The notes: generated from the sequence alone by a model not told the origin. DNA of 51,075 nucleotides from a virus (IMGVR_UViG_3300010401_000013:1-51075); one strand, 5' to 3'. Counted from the first letter of the stretch, positions 38,802 through 48,418 are shown. Numbers and translations are program-made.

Positions 38802-39377
38802 ATGCCCCACTCCTACAAAAATCGACGAGCAGCAATGGAAGTCCAAGAATGGGTGGACATGGTTCTCGCCGAACCTGGTGCAGAATTCGAGATCAACCCA
38901 CTCGAAAAGAATATGAACTTGGTGTCTCTCCAAACTTATATTTCCGGTGGCTTCTCCTACATGCGAGAACAAGCTAAGTCACCCAAAGAGCGTGCAGAAA
39001 TTGACAACATGCGACGACGTATTGTCATCAAAAGGGATAAGGATAAGTTGATACTCACCGCAAAACCAGATGGATTCAATCGTTCATTGTTGAAACGCCG
39101 TGGAAGCGGCGCTCATATGGTGATAGATGGGCATGCGAAGTCGCATAAAGTGGAGCAACCAGAACCAATTGCTGGAACTGTATTTGACATCATGGAGTTT
39201 GCAACCAAGTTTCAGACATTTTACGAATCCGCGAAGGAGAACGAGGAGATGGTAGTCGTATACGATAACTACCTAACCGGAGCAGACAAGCAGGCGATTC
39301 ATGATTTTCTTGAGTCGTCAGAGAGTTTCAAGTGCGTGGTGGATAGAAACAAAATAACCGTGAGGAGGGTAGCCTAA
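38802..39377 (+). CDS. Hypothetical protein
   Basis: 191 aa ORF. Confidence 0.65.
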   Translation: MPHSYKNRRAAMEVQEWVDMVLAEPGAEFEINPLEKNMNLVSLQTYISGGFSYMREQAKSPKERAEIDNMRRRIVIKRDKDKLILTAKPDGFNRSLLKRRGSGAHMVIDGHAKSHKVEQPEPIAGTVFDIMEFATKFQTFYESAKENEEMVVVYDNYLTGADKQAIHDFLESSESFKCVVDRNKITVRRVA

Positions 39378-39515
39378 TATGAAAGTCAAAGAACTAATTG
39401 AGGAGTTGCAGGCGTTGGAGAAACCGGAGGCTAAAGTAATTTTCTATGGATATGACTTCCAATATGCGATTGACTATGTAGCTTATGATCCAAAAGAGAA
39501 CACAGTTGATCTTCA

Positions 39516-39740
39516 ATGACCATCGAAGAATTCCTTGGACTTTCCGCAGACGACTTCGCACGAATGTCCGACGAAGAAATCATGACACACTTGCAACCAT
39601 ATCTTGCTGCAAGCAGGCCAGCAGAAGGAAAGAAATTCGCCAGCAAGGATCAAATCGTGACCACCCAACGAACGAACAAACGAAAGAATATGATGAGTAT
39701 GATTGAAGGATATTTAAAAAAGCATGGAGAGCCGCTATGA
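39516..39740 (+). CDS. Hypothetical protein
   Basis: 74 aa; coupled to the next ORF. Confidence 0.55.
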   Translation: MTIEEFLGLSADDFARMSDEEIMTHLQPYLAASRPAEGKKFASKDQIVTTQRTNKRKNMMSMIEGYLKKHGEPL

Positions 39741-39931
39741 CATCAATAACCTGCGACGAGTGCGGAAAAGTTATCGAAGGTTTATCTGGAATTCCAACAC
39801 AAGAAAGGTCAGTGAGGCTAAAGCTTAGAGGCGAGGTAACTTTTGAACTAAAGGTCAAGAAAGAGAATGCTGACATCTGTTGGCCTTGTGCTAAGATGTT
39901 ATTGGTGAAAGTTTTTTCATCTATACAATGA
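39737..39931 (+). CDS. Small Zn-ribbon protein
   Basis: CDECG...ICWPC. Confidence 0.55.
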   Translation: MTSITCDECGKVIEGLSGIPTQERSVRLKLRGEVTFELKVKKENADICWPCAKMLLVKVFSSIQ

Positions 39932-40857
39932 AACCCACCATCCGCATAGACGCCTCATCCTTAGTTTATTCAGCGTGCATTCGACGCTTCTACTGGACAG
40001 TCGTCGACGGCTATCGAGAAGACGACCACGGATTTGAGAACACTGCGATGCATTTGGGATCAGCCTACCACATATTCGCAGAACACTTCTATAAGGACCG
40101 CTCCGAAGAACTTGCGATGCTTGCTGGTCGAAAGTATTTTCTGTCGAAGCGCTTCAAACCCGGACCCAAGCAGCAGTTTATCGACTTGCCGTATTTTATG
40201 TCGATGTGTGCGCAGGGTGCTTTGTATCTGTCGAACTCTCCATTTCAACCAGTAACGGTGGGTGACCAACCACTAGTAGAAATCAAGTTCGAGATTCCTG
40301 TGCATGAAGATGACCATTGTAGAATCTGCCTTTGTGGCACCATCGATAAGGTAGGGAAGTTCAAGAACGGACCTTACGCAATCGGCGATTACAAAGTTTC
40401 CAACGCAAGCGATCCGCAGAAGTATTTCGAGCAACATAAACTCTCGACTCAATTGCTCACTTACCTTTGGGCCTTACGATGGTTTTCTCGCGAGAAAGAA
40501 GCTATCGCAGAAATCTGGAATGGTGGGCAGGTAGGAATATTCATTGATGGAGTATTCCACCACGGCAAAATTGGGATGGTAGATTTTTTACGCAGTGACG
40601 TTATCTATGTGCCAGAGAAACTGATTGACGCTTATGAGTGCCAACTGCACACAGTAGCAAGAGGACTTGCATTTGCGATGAAGCACAGAGATAAAGTAGA
40701 GCCTCCACCTGAAGGCATTATTAATGGCTCCTGTTCCTCGTATTCTTCACAATGCAAATTCGTTGGTGTCTGTGGTGCAACTGAACCTGAGATTGGAAAA
40801 CTATGCCTAGAACAAAACTTCGTGAAAAAAGAATACAACCCGTTGGAGTTTCGCTAA
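39928..40857 (+). CDS. PD-(D/E)XK (Cas4/AddB-like) exonuclease
   Basis: CIRRFYW, GSAYH, VEIKF, GTID, GDYK, C-terminal Cys cluster. Confidence 0.85.
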   Translation: MKPTIRIDASSLVYSACIRRFYWTVVDGYREDDHGFENTAMHLGSAYHIFAEHFYKDRSEELAMLAGRKYFLSKRFKPGPKQQFIDLPYFMSMCAQGALYLSNSPFQPVTVGDQPLVEIKFEIPVHEDDHCRICLCGTIDKVGKFKNGPYAIGDYKVSNASDPQKYFEQHKLSTQLLTYLWALRWFSREKEAIAEIWNGGQVGIFIDGVFHHGKIGMVDFLRSDVIYVPEKLIDAYECQLHTVARGLAFAMKHRDKVEPPPEGIINGSCSSYSSQCKFVGVCGATEPEIGKLCLEQNFVKKEYNPLEFR

Positions 40858-40864
40858 ACAACTT

Positions 40865-41134
40865 ATGAGCACTCAACTAATGGGACTTCGACGTGATGTT
40901 GCTGAATGCCTTGAGAAATTCTCACGAGCAGCGGCAATGGAATACATGCAGAAGATTCGAGATGAACAACCAACCTATAGCGAGGAGAAAGTTAAGCAGG
41001 TCTTTGACGAATACATGCAACCGTCTGCGGCGGTTCATGCTTTGGCGTTGTTCATTCAAGGATTGATTGATACTAACGGAAAACACATACAACTACCGAG
41101 CAAAGAGTATATCGCTAGAAAGTTTAAGATATGA
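40865..41134 (+). CDS. Hypothetical protein
   Basis: 89 aa ORF in tiling. Confidence 0.55.
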   Translation: MSTQLMGLRRDVAECLEKFSRAAAMEYMQKIRDEQPTYSEEKVKQVFDEYMQPSAAVHALALFIQGLIDTNGKHIQLPSKEYIARKFKI

Positions 41135-41727
41135 ACCTCATAGCATTCACAGGACACTCTGGAGTTGGGAAGGATACGGTGGCCTCAATACTTGAAGAAC
41201 TCATTTCGATACCTGACTTCTGTCCGGTGGTTATTCACGTTAAAACCTCTGACTATATAGCCCTGCAACTGGCTAGGGTAATTAAAGCTGACCAGTTCCA
41301 TATGTTGGAAGCAAGAAGCACGGAGCCTAAATTGATCAGAGAAATCCTCAAGGCTGCTGGAAATTGGGTCAGGGAAATGGAGTTAGAGTATCTTGACAAC
41401 CTAGTCCACTCGACTCTTGAAGACTACCCACTAGGTACAGACGACTACTTCTTGCTCACAGGCATCAGGTTCCCAGACGAGATTACCACCATAATCAACA
41501 ACTACAACGCAACCATCATCCGCATCACCAATCCACGTATCCCAATCCATGATCCATCTCACGATACTGTTAGGCATATCAATGACCTCCCCTACCATTA
41601 TGTCATCCCAAACACTGGCACCATTGACGACCTTCGAGCAACGGTCACCAAGCTCTGGAACGAGACTAGATTCTCGTCAGTTGGACGCCCTCTTATCTGC
41701 CCTGGCACTTGTGGAGACGGGGAATAA
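41131..41727 (+). CDS. Deoxynucleoside monophosphate kinase
   Basis: IAFTGHSGVGKDT, GIRFPDE, IIRI, IPNTGTIDDL. Confidence 0.8.
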   Translation: MNLIAFTGHSGVGKDTVASILEELISIPDFCPVVIHVKTSDYIALQLARVIKADQFHMLEARSTEPKLIREILKAAGNWVREMELEYLDNLVHSTLEDYPLGTDDYFLLTGIRFPDEITTIINNYNATIIRITNPRIPIHDPSHDTVRHINDLPYHYVIPNTGTIDDLRATVTKLWNETRFSSVGRPLICPGTCGDGE

Positions 41728-42043
41728 TCCCCATGCTATTGGTGCTCGTGGTGAGATTAGCGAGTATCAAATAATGCCAGCTTTATGGAGGATTTATTCC
41801 CAAAGACTTGGCACTAAAAATGCTCGGAGTATAGCATCCTCAATTCTCCACGATAACTATGCATGGTATGTTCGTCTATATTCTAGACCACCGTTTCCAG
41901 AAGAACAATACTGTATATGGAATCTGGGAAAAACTAAGTTCAGATGCACAACTAAATCAGGCAAGTTCCTACCTATCAGAATAAAAGTAGTTCAGAATTT
42001 TGCAAATACCTACCATGAGCAACTTAAACGACTTGGCAAATAA
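41549..42043 (+). CDS. SLT-type lytic transglycosylase-like protein (start uncertain)
   Basis: ALALVETGNNPHAIGARGEISEYQIMP...WNLG. Confidence 0.65.
   Translation: MIHLTILLGISMTSPTIMSSQTLAPLTTFEQRSPSSGTRLDSRQLDALLSALALVETGNNPHAIGARGEISEYQIMPALWRIYSQRLGTKNARSIASSILHDNYAWYVRLYSRPPFPEEQYCIWNLGKTKFRCTTKSGKFLPIRIKVVQNFANTYHEQLKRLGK
41808..41824 (+). promoter_or_regulatory. Intragenic sigma54-like promoter upstream of the recombination/replication genes
   Basis: TTGGCACTAAAAATGCT, ~190 nt before ATG 42015. Confidence 0.45.
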
Positions 42044-42869
42044 GGTGGCACCACTAGTAGCTACATCAGGTTTTGCGCAACAAGTCTCAGTCGCTGATCC
42101 GCTAGCGTTTCTCTCGTCGATTGTTGAATATTCAGACAATCCAAAATCCTCACAGATACGCTTGTTGATTATCTCCAAGAACGGACTTGGTAAAACTTGG
42201 TCGGCGTTAACAGCACCTAACCCGATTGTCTGTGACTTCGACCGCGGGATGCTTGCACACCAAGACCGGAAGATTCCAACATTGAACTTCTATGACGTAG
42301 ATTTCTGCAAGAAGATAAATCCACAGAAACCCAATGCCCGTGACGCCTTTGAACAATGGCTCTGTTTTCCGGGGACTAAGACCGGAGCAGAACACATTCC
42401 AGCAGGACACACTTTAATCATCGACTCTTGGACAGGGTTGCAAGACTTTGAGGGACAGCAGACAGACATTGCACCTAAAGTCACAGCAAAGGGGAAGGAA
42501 GATGGTTACGCCAAATGGGCAACCAAGTTAGAGTATGCAACCAAGATTTGCTTGCGGTTGCAGACTCTTGCCTGTCATGTGATTGTCACCGCCCATGAAG
42601 ATGAAATGAAGGACGAGAATGGTGCATTGATGAATCGTGTGATGCCACTCATGCAAGGCAAGTTCCAACAGAAGATGGGGAATTACTTCACGCATATCGT
42701 CAGGATGCTCGTAACCTCGAAAAATACGCTCAACTCTACAGGCAAGATCGAATCTGTCCAAAGTGAATGGTGGTGGCAGTGTCAGACCGACGACAATTTC
42801 GCGGCAAAGTGCCGTGGACGTAACGACAAATACAAAGTTCCCGCAAGATGGGAATGCCTTCCGCAGTGA
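42015..42869 (+). CDS. AAA_24 / Sak4-like ATPase
   Basis: NGLGKT, CDFDRG, LIIDSWT, VIVTAHE; near the exonuclease and SSB genes. Confidence 0.8.
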   Translation: MSNLNDLANKVAPLVATSGFAQQVSVADPLAFLSSIVEYSDNPKSSQIRLLIISKNGLGKTWSALTAPNPIVCDFDRGMLAHQDRKIPTLNFYDVDFCKKINPQKPNARDAFEQWLCFPGTKTGAEHIPAGHTLIIDSWTGLQDFEGQQTDIAPKVTAKGKEDGYAKWATKLEYATKICLRLQTLACHVIVTAHEDEMKDENGALMNRVMPLMQGKFQQKMGNYFTHIVRMLVTSKNTLNSTGKIESVQSEWWWQCQTDDNFAAKCRGRNDKYKVPARWECLPQ

Positions 42870-42887
42870 ACCTAATAAAAAACTAAT

Positions 42888-43166
42888 ATGGATATAAATA
42901 CTAAAACACCACAGCCACTTGAAACTGGCGGGATTGGACAACCAAAATTCACGCCGACTGAACAAGAACAGATTGAAAGGACATTCACTTATCATGCACC
43001 AAAGGGTGACCAGCAAACTCGATATGTGCAATTGCGAGAGAAAGCGAAAGAGCTTGCTTATCTGATTGCAAGTAATTGTCCAGCAAGTCGCGAAAAGTCA
43101 CTAGCCATGACAAGCTTGCAACAAGTAACTATGTGGGCCAACGCCTCAATTGCAATTAACGAATAA
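42888..43166 (+). CDS. Acb2/Tad1-like cyclic-nucleotide sponge (anti-defence) candidate
   Basis: FTYHAP...RYVQLREKAK...CPASREKSLAMTSLQQVTMWANASIA helical hairpin pattern. Confidence 0.65.
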   Translation: MDINTKTPQPLETGGIGQPKFTPTEQEQIERTFTYHAPKGDQQTRYVQLREKAKELAYLIASNCPASREKSLAMTSLQQVTMWANASIAINE

Positions 43167-43170
43167 CATT

Positions 43171-43476
43171 ATGCCCGACGAAACCTTTACAAACGCAGAC
43201 GGCCAGACAATCGACGAGCGCAAAGCTCAGATCGCACAACAGCAACAGGATCAAGACAATGCCCGACTCTCTGATCTAATCGCCAGCAACTACAAACGCA
43301 TGTTTGCCCATCCAGTTGCCGGACCTCTTGCCGCCCAGCTGAATGCCTTGCGTGGCCAGTATCTATCAATGGGCGGTGACATCCAAGAGACTGCCAGCAA
43401 TCGTGCTGTAGCGGCAGGACTTGCAAACTTGATCTTACCTTTCATTGATTCCGTGTCTCAGCTTCCAGGAATCTAA
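43171..43476 (+). CDS. Hypothetical protein
   Basis: 101 aa from ATG 43171. Confidence 0.55.
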   Translation: MPDETFTNADGQTIDERKAQIAQQQQDQDNARLSDLIASNYKRMFAHPVAGPLAAQLNALRGQYLSMGGDIQETASNRAVAAGLANLILPFIDSVSQLPGI

Positions 43477-43538
43477 CAATTTCTCCCTAAAGAGAAACAC
43501 GAAACAAACAACAAACAAAAACATAACAAACTAAATAT

Positions 43539-44039
43539 ATGGCAGTATTCAACAAGTCCGATCTCGTGGCCGCTGGTGCAATCAAGCTCCCTACCGGCTG
43601 CTATCATTATCGTTGCATCTCCTCCAAGATTGCAATCTCACGGAAGTCTGGCGCGAAGATGTTCGTCAATCAATGGGAACTCTATTCCCCGGAGAAGGTG
43701 GAAGTTGGCGGCGTGGTCGCAATCATCGCTGGCCAGAAGTTCACTGATCGTGTGGTGATTTCTCCGAAGGCAATCCCCTTTGCCTTCCAGAACTTCTTCA
43801 ACATCTTGCTCCCTGATCTTGACACGATCAACGACGAGGATGATGCACAGTTGGACGCAATCTGCAAACGGATTGACAGTCTTGCGGTGCGTGGAGTCCT
43901 TTCTTGGGAAGAGTCGTTCGTGATGGACGGGGAAGATAAAGTGCTTGATAGTGACACCAACCAGCCAATCTCGAATGGCTGGCAGGTGAATGTCAGGAAG
44001 CACCTCGGGTTCTCAACCATCCAACCTCCGGCGTTCTGA
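43539..44039 (+). CDS. Single-stranded DNA-binding protein (DUF669-like)
   Basis: LPTGCY...SRKSGAKM, C-terminal aromatic residue (PPAF); synteny with the AAA recombinase. Confidence 0.6.
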   Translation: MAVFNKSDLVAAGAIKLPTGCYHYRCISSKIAISRKSGAKMFVNQWELYSPEKVEVGGVVAIIAGQKFTDRVVISPKAIPFAFQNFFNILLPDLDTINDEDDAQLDAICKRIDSLAVRGVLSWEESFVMDGEDKVLDSDTNQPISNGWQVNVRKHLGFSTIQPPAF

Positions 44040-44285
44040 TATGATACGAGAAGTGAAAATAGTTCAAGAGGAGGATGTGTCTATGGCAGAACACTATACT
44101 AATGAACATCTTCGTAAAGGATGGACATTGGTATCAGGACTAACTTGCGAGCATGGAGTGTGGAGAGCAGTTCTACATGACATGAAAGAGGACGTTCCAC
44201 CAGCACCGGAAACGGAAAACTTCTAGTCCCATCAACACTTGCCCATCTAGTGTGAGGGTGGGCAAGATTGAGGAGATTAAATAAT

Positions 44286-44423
44286 ATGATTATATTTATT
44301 CCACCATCTTCAGATGAAGAATGCGATCCGGTCTTTGTAATGATAGTAATAATATTAAGCTGCATAGTAGGACTATGTGTAGTAGTCACTGCGGCATGGA
44401 TAGCATTAAGCGGAACTTGGTAA
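44286..44423 (+). CDS. 45-aa single-TM protein (not in ORF track)
   Basis: MIIFIPPSSDEECDPVFVMIVIILSCIVGLCVVVTAAWIALSGTW; TAATG-coupled to the polymerase N-part. Confidence 0.5.
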   Translation: MIIFIPPSSDEECDPVFVMIVIILSCIVGLCVVVTAAWIALSGTW

Positions 44424-45955
44424 TGAGACACCCACCAACCCAACCCTATAATGGAATTACCATTGTTCTCTCACACCCTTCACGATTTGACACTGAACGC
44501 CTATTATCTGGGACAGCGGGAGCGTTCTTTGAGGATCATTGTCTCTGTTCAAATCTAGCAGCTTATGACATCCGCACAGCAAATGACCAGAATCCTCTTA
44601 TCAGTGGAACGAAGTCTGTCCTACTACTCGGACAGTTGGCAGTCACACGATATACTGCCGAGCAAGCAACCATCCATAAGCTCCACGGAAGTCCTATTAC
44701 AATACGAAAAGAATTATCAAGAGATTGCTCGTTGGCACAGGTCTATGGCATCCCAAGTTACTTCCCTCAAGACGCCCAAGACCCAATAGACTATGAGTCA
44801 CTCAAGAATCCCCGTTGCCCAACTTATACTGGAACCCTTGTTGGAGGGGGAAATAAAGACGGAGACGAGGATGACGAGGATGACGGTGGAGGAGTCCAGA
44901 AGGGAAGGCACACAATCGTCTCGCGAAAGAACTACCGTTTCTGGTTGCAACAAGACACGCGCAAAGCAAAGATGCTGGCATTTACTTATAATGGTATTTT
45001 GCCGACCAGCAATTGTCGGATAGACGCACCATGTGATCCTTATGAAGCAGTCACAGTTCTCAACGAAGCAAGAGAAGGTTTTCTATATCTGGACATTGAA
45101 ACCGACACTGAGCAGAACATCAACTGTGTGGGCTTTGCTGTTAACGACTCTAACATATATGTGTTTCCTCTACTCGATTGCCAGTATAAACTATTCTTTG
45201 GGCCTGCGGTTACTGCTAAGTTTATACGTGCTTTTGTTGTGGCTATGTCACGTCTCACTACTATTTGCCACAACTCGTTCTTCGATGTCCTAGTTCTTGC
45301 TTGGAAATACCACTTGCCAATTGGCCGCCAACATTATGATACGATGGTCGCAATGCGTCGAGCGTTCCCTGAGTGTGAGATTGCATTGTCACATGCCATT
45401 TCCTTATACACTTGGGCTAACTACCACAAAGATGCAGGGGTGTTTATGCCATACAACAGACAGCAAGAGCAACAACTTTGGAATTACAATGCTCTTGATG
45501 TCAAGGCCACAAGAGAGGTTCATATTGAACAGGCTCGCAGAGCTTCATGTGATGAAGGTCTTCAGGCGTCAATAACGCAAGGGAATTCAATGATCTATAC
45601 TTATATTCTCATGTCCCTTCTGGGGATGCGATACGCCAAGCAGGAGGTTACTAGTTTGATGACCGAGAATGATAAGTTGATGACACAGTTGTTGAGGCTT
45701 TCAAAATTGATCCTGCAAGAGGAATTTCTGCCCACCTCTCCAAAACAATGTGCAACCTATTTTCAAGAAGCAATGGGTTATCCTGTCTTGAAACGCAAGG
45801 AAAAGACTGGCAATCCAGTTTGGGATGAGGATGTTCTGCGAAAACTCAAAATCCGAAACCCACTGAATAAGATGATTGATATTTGTTTACGCTATCGTGG
45901 CGTAAAGAAAGAGACTGGAAGTTTAAAATTCATACCATGGAAGGAGATGCCTTGA
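44423..45955 (+). CDS. polA: DNA polymerase A, N-terminal part (UDG-like + 3'-5' exonuclease + thumb)
   Basis: Exo I YLDIET, Exo II HNSFFD, Exo III YNALD; thumb SPKQ...TGNP...DEDVL...LRYRGVKK; UDG-like LSGTAG, VLLLG, IPSYFP. Confidence 0.85.
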   Translation: MRHPPTQPYNGITIVLSHPSRFDTERLLSGTAGAFFEDHCLCSNLAAYDIRTANDQNPLISGTKSVLLLGQLAVTRYTAEQATIHKLHGSPITIRKELSRDCSLAQVYGIPSYFPQDAQDPIDYESLKNPRCPTYTGTLVGGGNKDGDEDDEDDGGGVQKGRHTIVSRKNYRFWLQQDTRKAKMLAFTYNGILPTSNCRIDAPCDPYEAVTVLNEAREGFLYLDIETDTEQNINCVGFAVNDSNIYVFPLLDCQYKLFFGPAVTAKFIRAFVVAMSRLTTICHNSFFDVLVLAWKYHLPIGRQHYDTMVAMRRAFPECEIALSHAISLYTWANYHKDAGVFMPYNRQQEQQLWNYNALDVKATREVHIEQARRASCDEGLQASITQGNSMIYTYILMSLLGMRYAKQEVTSLMTENDKLMTQLLRLSKLILQEEFLPTSPKQCATYFQEAMGYPVLKRKEKTGNPVWDEDVLRKLKIRNPLNKMIDICLRYRGVKKETGSLKFIPWKEMP

Positions 45956-46311
45956 ATGCATACACACTAAAGCTACAGGAAGAAGAACAGGCCATTGACA
46001 GTTTACAAAAATTGATCAGGGAATCCTACTCTAACGCAGTAGAGCATGGATTTCATAATGACGAGTTTAACTTTGGAGAAAAGATCGCGCTGATTCATGC
46101 AGAATTATCTGAGGCACTTGAAGCTAAGCGAGAAAATAGCCAGTCTACAGGTAAGATTGGAAATTTTGATCACATAACTGAAGAGCTTGCCGATGCCTGT
46201 ATTCGTATTTTTGACCTAGCTGAAAGGATGGGCCTGCCACTGGCTCCAGCAATTATTGCAAAGCAGAAGTATAACCGCTCACGACCATACAAACATGGAA
46301 AAGCATTTTGA
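45937..46311 (+). CDS. MazG-like NTP pyrophosphohydrolase
   Basis: IALIHAELSEALEA, EELADACIRIFD, NRSRPYKHGK. Confidence 0.85.
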   Translation: MEGDALNAYTLKLQEEEQAIDSLQKLIRESYSNAVEHGFHNDEFNFGEKIALIHAELSEALEAKRENSQSTGKIGNFDHITEELADACIRIFDLAERMGLPLAPAIIAKQKYNRSRPYKHGKAF

Positions 46312-46614
46312 ATGTTGTGACAAAGGCAAAGACGCAACACAAGTAATGTCTATTGTTCGAAACGGCGTGACAGAATATTCACGATACTGCGAATACTGCA
46401 AGAAACAGACAGCATTCTACAAAACCTTAGACCCAATCGTTAAAGAATGGAAAGAGTTATGCCAACAAACCAAATGAACAAAAACACCGAATACCTGAAA
46501 TGCGAGAAATGCAAGATCATGTTTAAGATTGATCCATACAACGTAGAAGAATGCAAACGCAAACATTGTTTTATGTGTAGTCCAGAGATTAAGGATGAAG
46601 ATTAAGGATTTGAT

Positions 46615-46845
46615 ATGGACACAAAAATTAAAAACTGCCTGGGCTGGAAATGTTTCATATCAATAAAGCTGGAAGGAACTCTGTGTCTTGAGTATTGCGG
46701 AGAACTTATTGCGTTTGACAAGAATAATAGGCGTTATTATTGCATAGAAGCTGCGGGGACCAGAATAAAGTTTGAAAGCAGCCAAGTCTATGACATTGTA
46801 GAAACCCAAGGAACCGATCCCAAATTTGAGATTATTCTATACTGA
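46615..46845 (+). CDS. Hypothetical protein
   Basis: 76 aa ORF in tiling. Confidence 0.5.
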   Translation: MDTKIKNCLGWKCFISIKLEGTLCLEYCGELIAFDKNNRRYYCIEAAGTRIKFESSQVYDIVETQGTDPKFEIILY

Positions 46846-46847
46846 TT

Positions 46848-47432
46848 ATGTATGCCATCATAGACACCGAGACAACCGGACTTCCGATCAAGTCCTTGCC
46901 AATCACGCACCAAGCACAGCCACATATTATTTCCCTCGGCTGCCTGTTGCTTGATGAGAACTTCACCATTAAGCGTGCCCTCCATGAACTTGTGCAACCA
47001 GATGGCTGGACGGTTCCTGCGGAAGCTGAACAGTGGAATGGATTGACGCAGGCACAGTGCATGAAGTATGGCAGGCGACTCTGTGAAATCATGGACCGCG
47101 TAGATGATATCCTAGGTCACGCACGTTTTACCTTAATCTACAACGCAGAGTTTGACGAAGCAATGCTTGATCGTGAAGGGTATTTGTCGGTCTTGAAACT
47201 AACCTTATCACGTTGTGCAATGAAAGCCGCAACGCAGGCTTGCAAGATTCCAGGTCGACGTGGAGACGGCTATAAGTGGCCAAAACTCACCGAAGCATAT
47301 TCCTCGATTGTCGGTATGCAGTTAGTCGACGCTCATAATGCGCTTGCGGATTGTATGGCGACGGCACAGATAGCAAAGGTTCTAAGTCGTAGTAGTCGCT
47401 GGAATATTGTGGAGAACACTTATGGAAATTAA
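46848..47432 (+). CDS. DnaQ-like DEDDh 3'-5' exonuclease
   Basis: IDTETTG, YNAEFD, KWPKL, AHNALAD. Confidence 0.9.
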   Translation: MYAIIDTETTGLPIKSLPITHQAQPHIISLGCLLLDENFTIKRALHELVQPDGWTVPAEAEQWNGLTQAQCMKYGRRLCEIMDRVDDILGHARFTLIYNAEFDEAMLDREGYLSVLKLTLSRCAMKAATQACKIPGRRGDGYKWPKLTEAYSSIVGMQLVDAHNALADCMATAQIAKVLSRSSRWNIVENTYGN

Positions 47433-47607
47433 ACCCTGCAAGTCTTGCGGAAATAAGAAGCCACACTACTTATGTCTCACCAGTGATCCACCTTATTACA
47501 AGTTAGTATGCATTGGAACTTGTGGAATGTCGACTGGAAATCACAGGACATACGAAGAGGCCCGGCAAGAGTGGAATAAGAAGCAGAAGGACGAAGATGA
47601 AAACTAA
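47422..47607 (+). CDS. Lar-like Zn-finger protein
   Basis: IKPCKSCG...CIGTCG...EEARQEWN. Confidence 0.6.
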   Translation: MEIKPCKSCGNKKPHYLCLTSDPPYYKLVCIGTCGMSTGNHRTYEEARQEWNKKQKDEDEN

Positions 47608-48418
47608 CTGGACCAACTCTGACCGTCCGATGCTCGTATCTGACGGCTCGGTTGAAGACTTAAAATCGGGAAACTGGAAACCTGACTGGTTCTACGGATG
47701 TTACTGGCAGGAGAAACTGAATGGTGTCCGAGCACATGTAGTTGGTAAGACTCTAATGACCCGGCAGCTGAAAGTCATCAAGCGTGAATGCTTGCCACAC
47801 ATATACGAAGAACTCGAAGCTCGTAACTGGCCACAGCTAGATGGTGAACTCTTTGCAGCAGGAAGACATTTCCAAGATATTTGTGGGATGGTCACGCCGA
47901 ATCGCAAATCTGCACCAGTCTCGTGCGAGGATATTAAGTTCATGGTGTTTGACCTGAAATCCAAAAAGGTGCAGTATGATAGGTTTGGAGAACTGTCTGG
48001 ATTATTGCCTTGCAAGCATATTGATCTTCTTGAAACGTGGCATGGATATCCTGATTATAAAGTGTTTGAGAAGATCAAGTCTCGTGGAGGTGAGGGACTT
48101 ATTGCCAGAAATTCCACAGGAGAATACAAGCCTGGAATCAGGTCAACGGACGTGGTTAGGTTTAAAGTCCGGAAGGAGATGGTTGTTAGAATAACCAACT
48201 GGATTGAAGGAGAGGGAAAACACTATGGAAGATTGGGAGCCTTGGTGGTGACAAGCAAAGAAGGAGAGAAATTTAAAGTAGGCACTGGATTCTCAGACGG
48301 TCAACGTATTATGTATGATTACGATAATACTGTTGGAAGGTTCGCAGAAATCGAATACGAGATGCTGTCGCGTGATGGAATTCCGTTGAAACCTTCGTTT
48401 GTTAAGTTTGTGGAATAG
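47597..48418 (+). CDS. ATP-dependent DNA ligase
   Basis: QEKLNGVRA, LDGEL, FMVFD, EGLIAR, KVGTGFSD. Confidence 0.9.
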   Translation: MKTNWTNSDRPMLVSDGSVEDLKSGNWKPDWFYGCYWQEKLNGVRAHVVGKTLMTRQLKVIKRECLPHIYEELEARNWPQLDGELFAAGRHFQDICGMVTPNRKSAPVSCEDIKFMVFDLKSKKVQYDRFGELSGLLPCKHIDLLETWHGYPDYKVFEKIKSRGGEGLIARNSTGEYKPGIRSTDVVRFKVRKEMVVRITNWIEGEGKHYGRLGALVVTSKEGEKFKVGTGFSDGQRIMYDYDNTVGRFAEIEYEMLSRDGIPLKPSFVKFVE

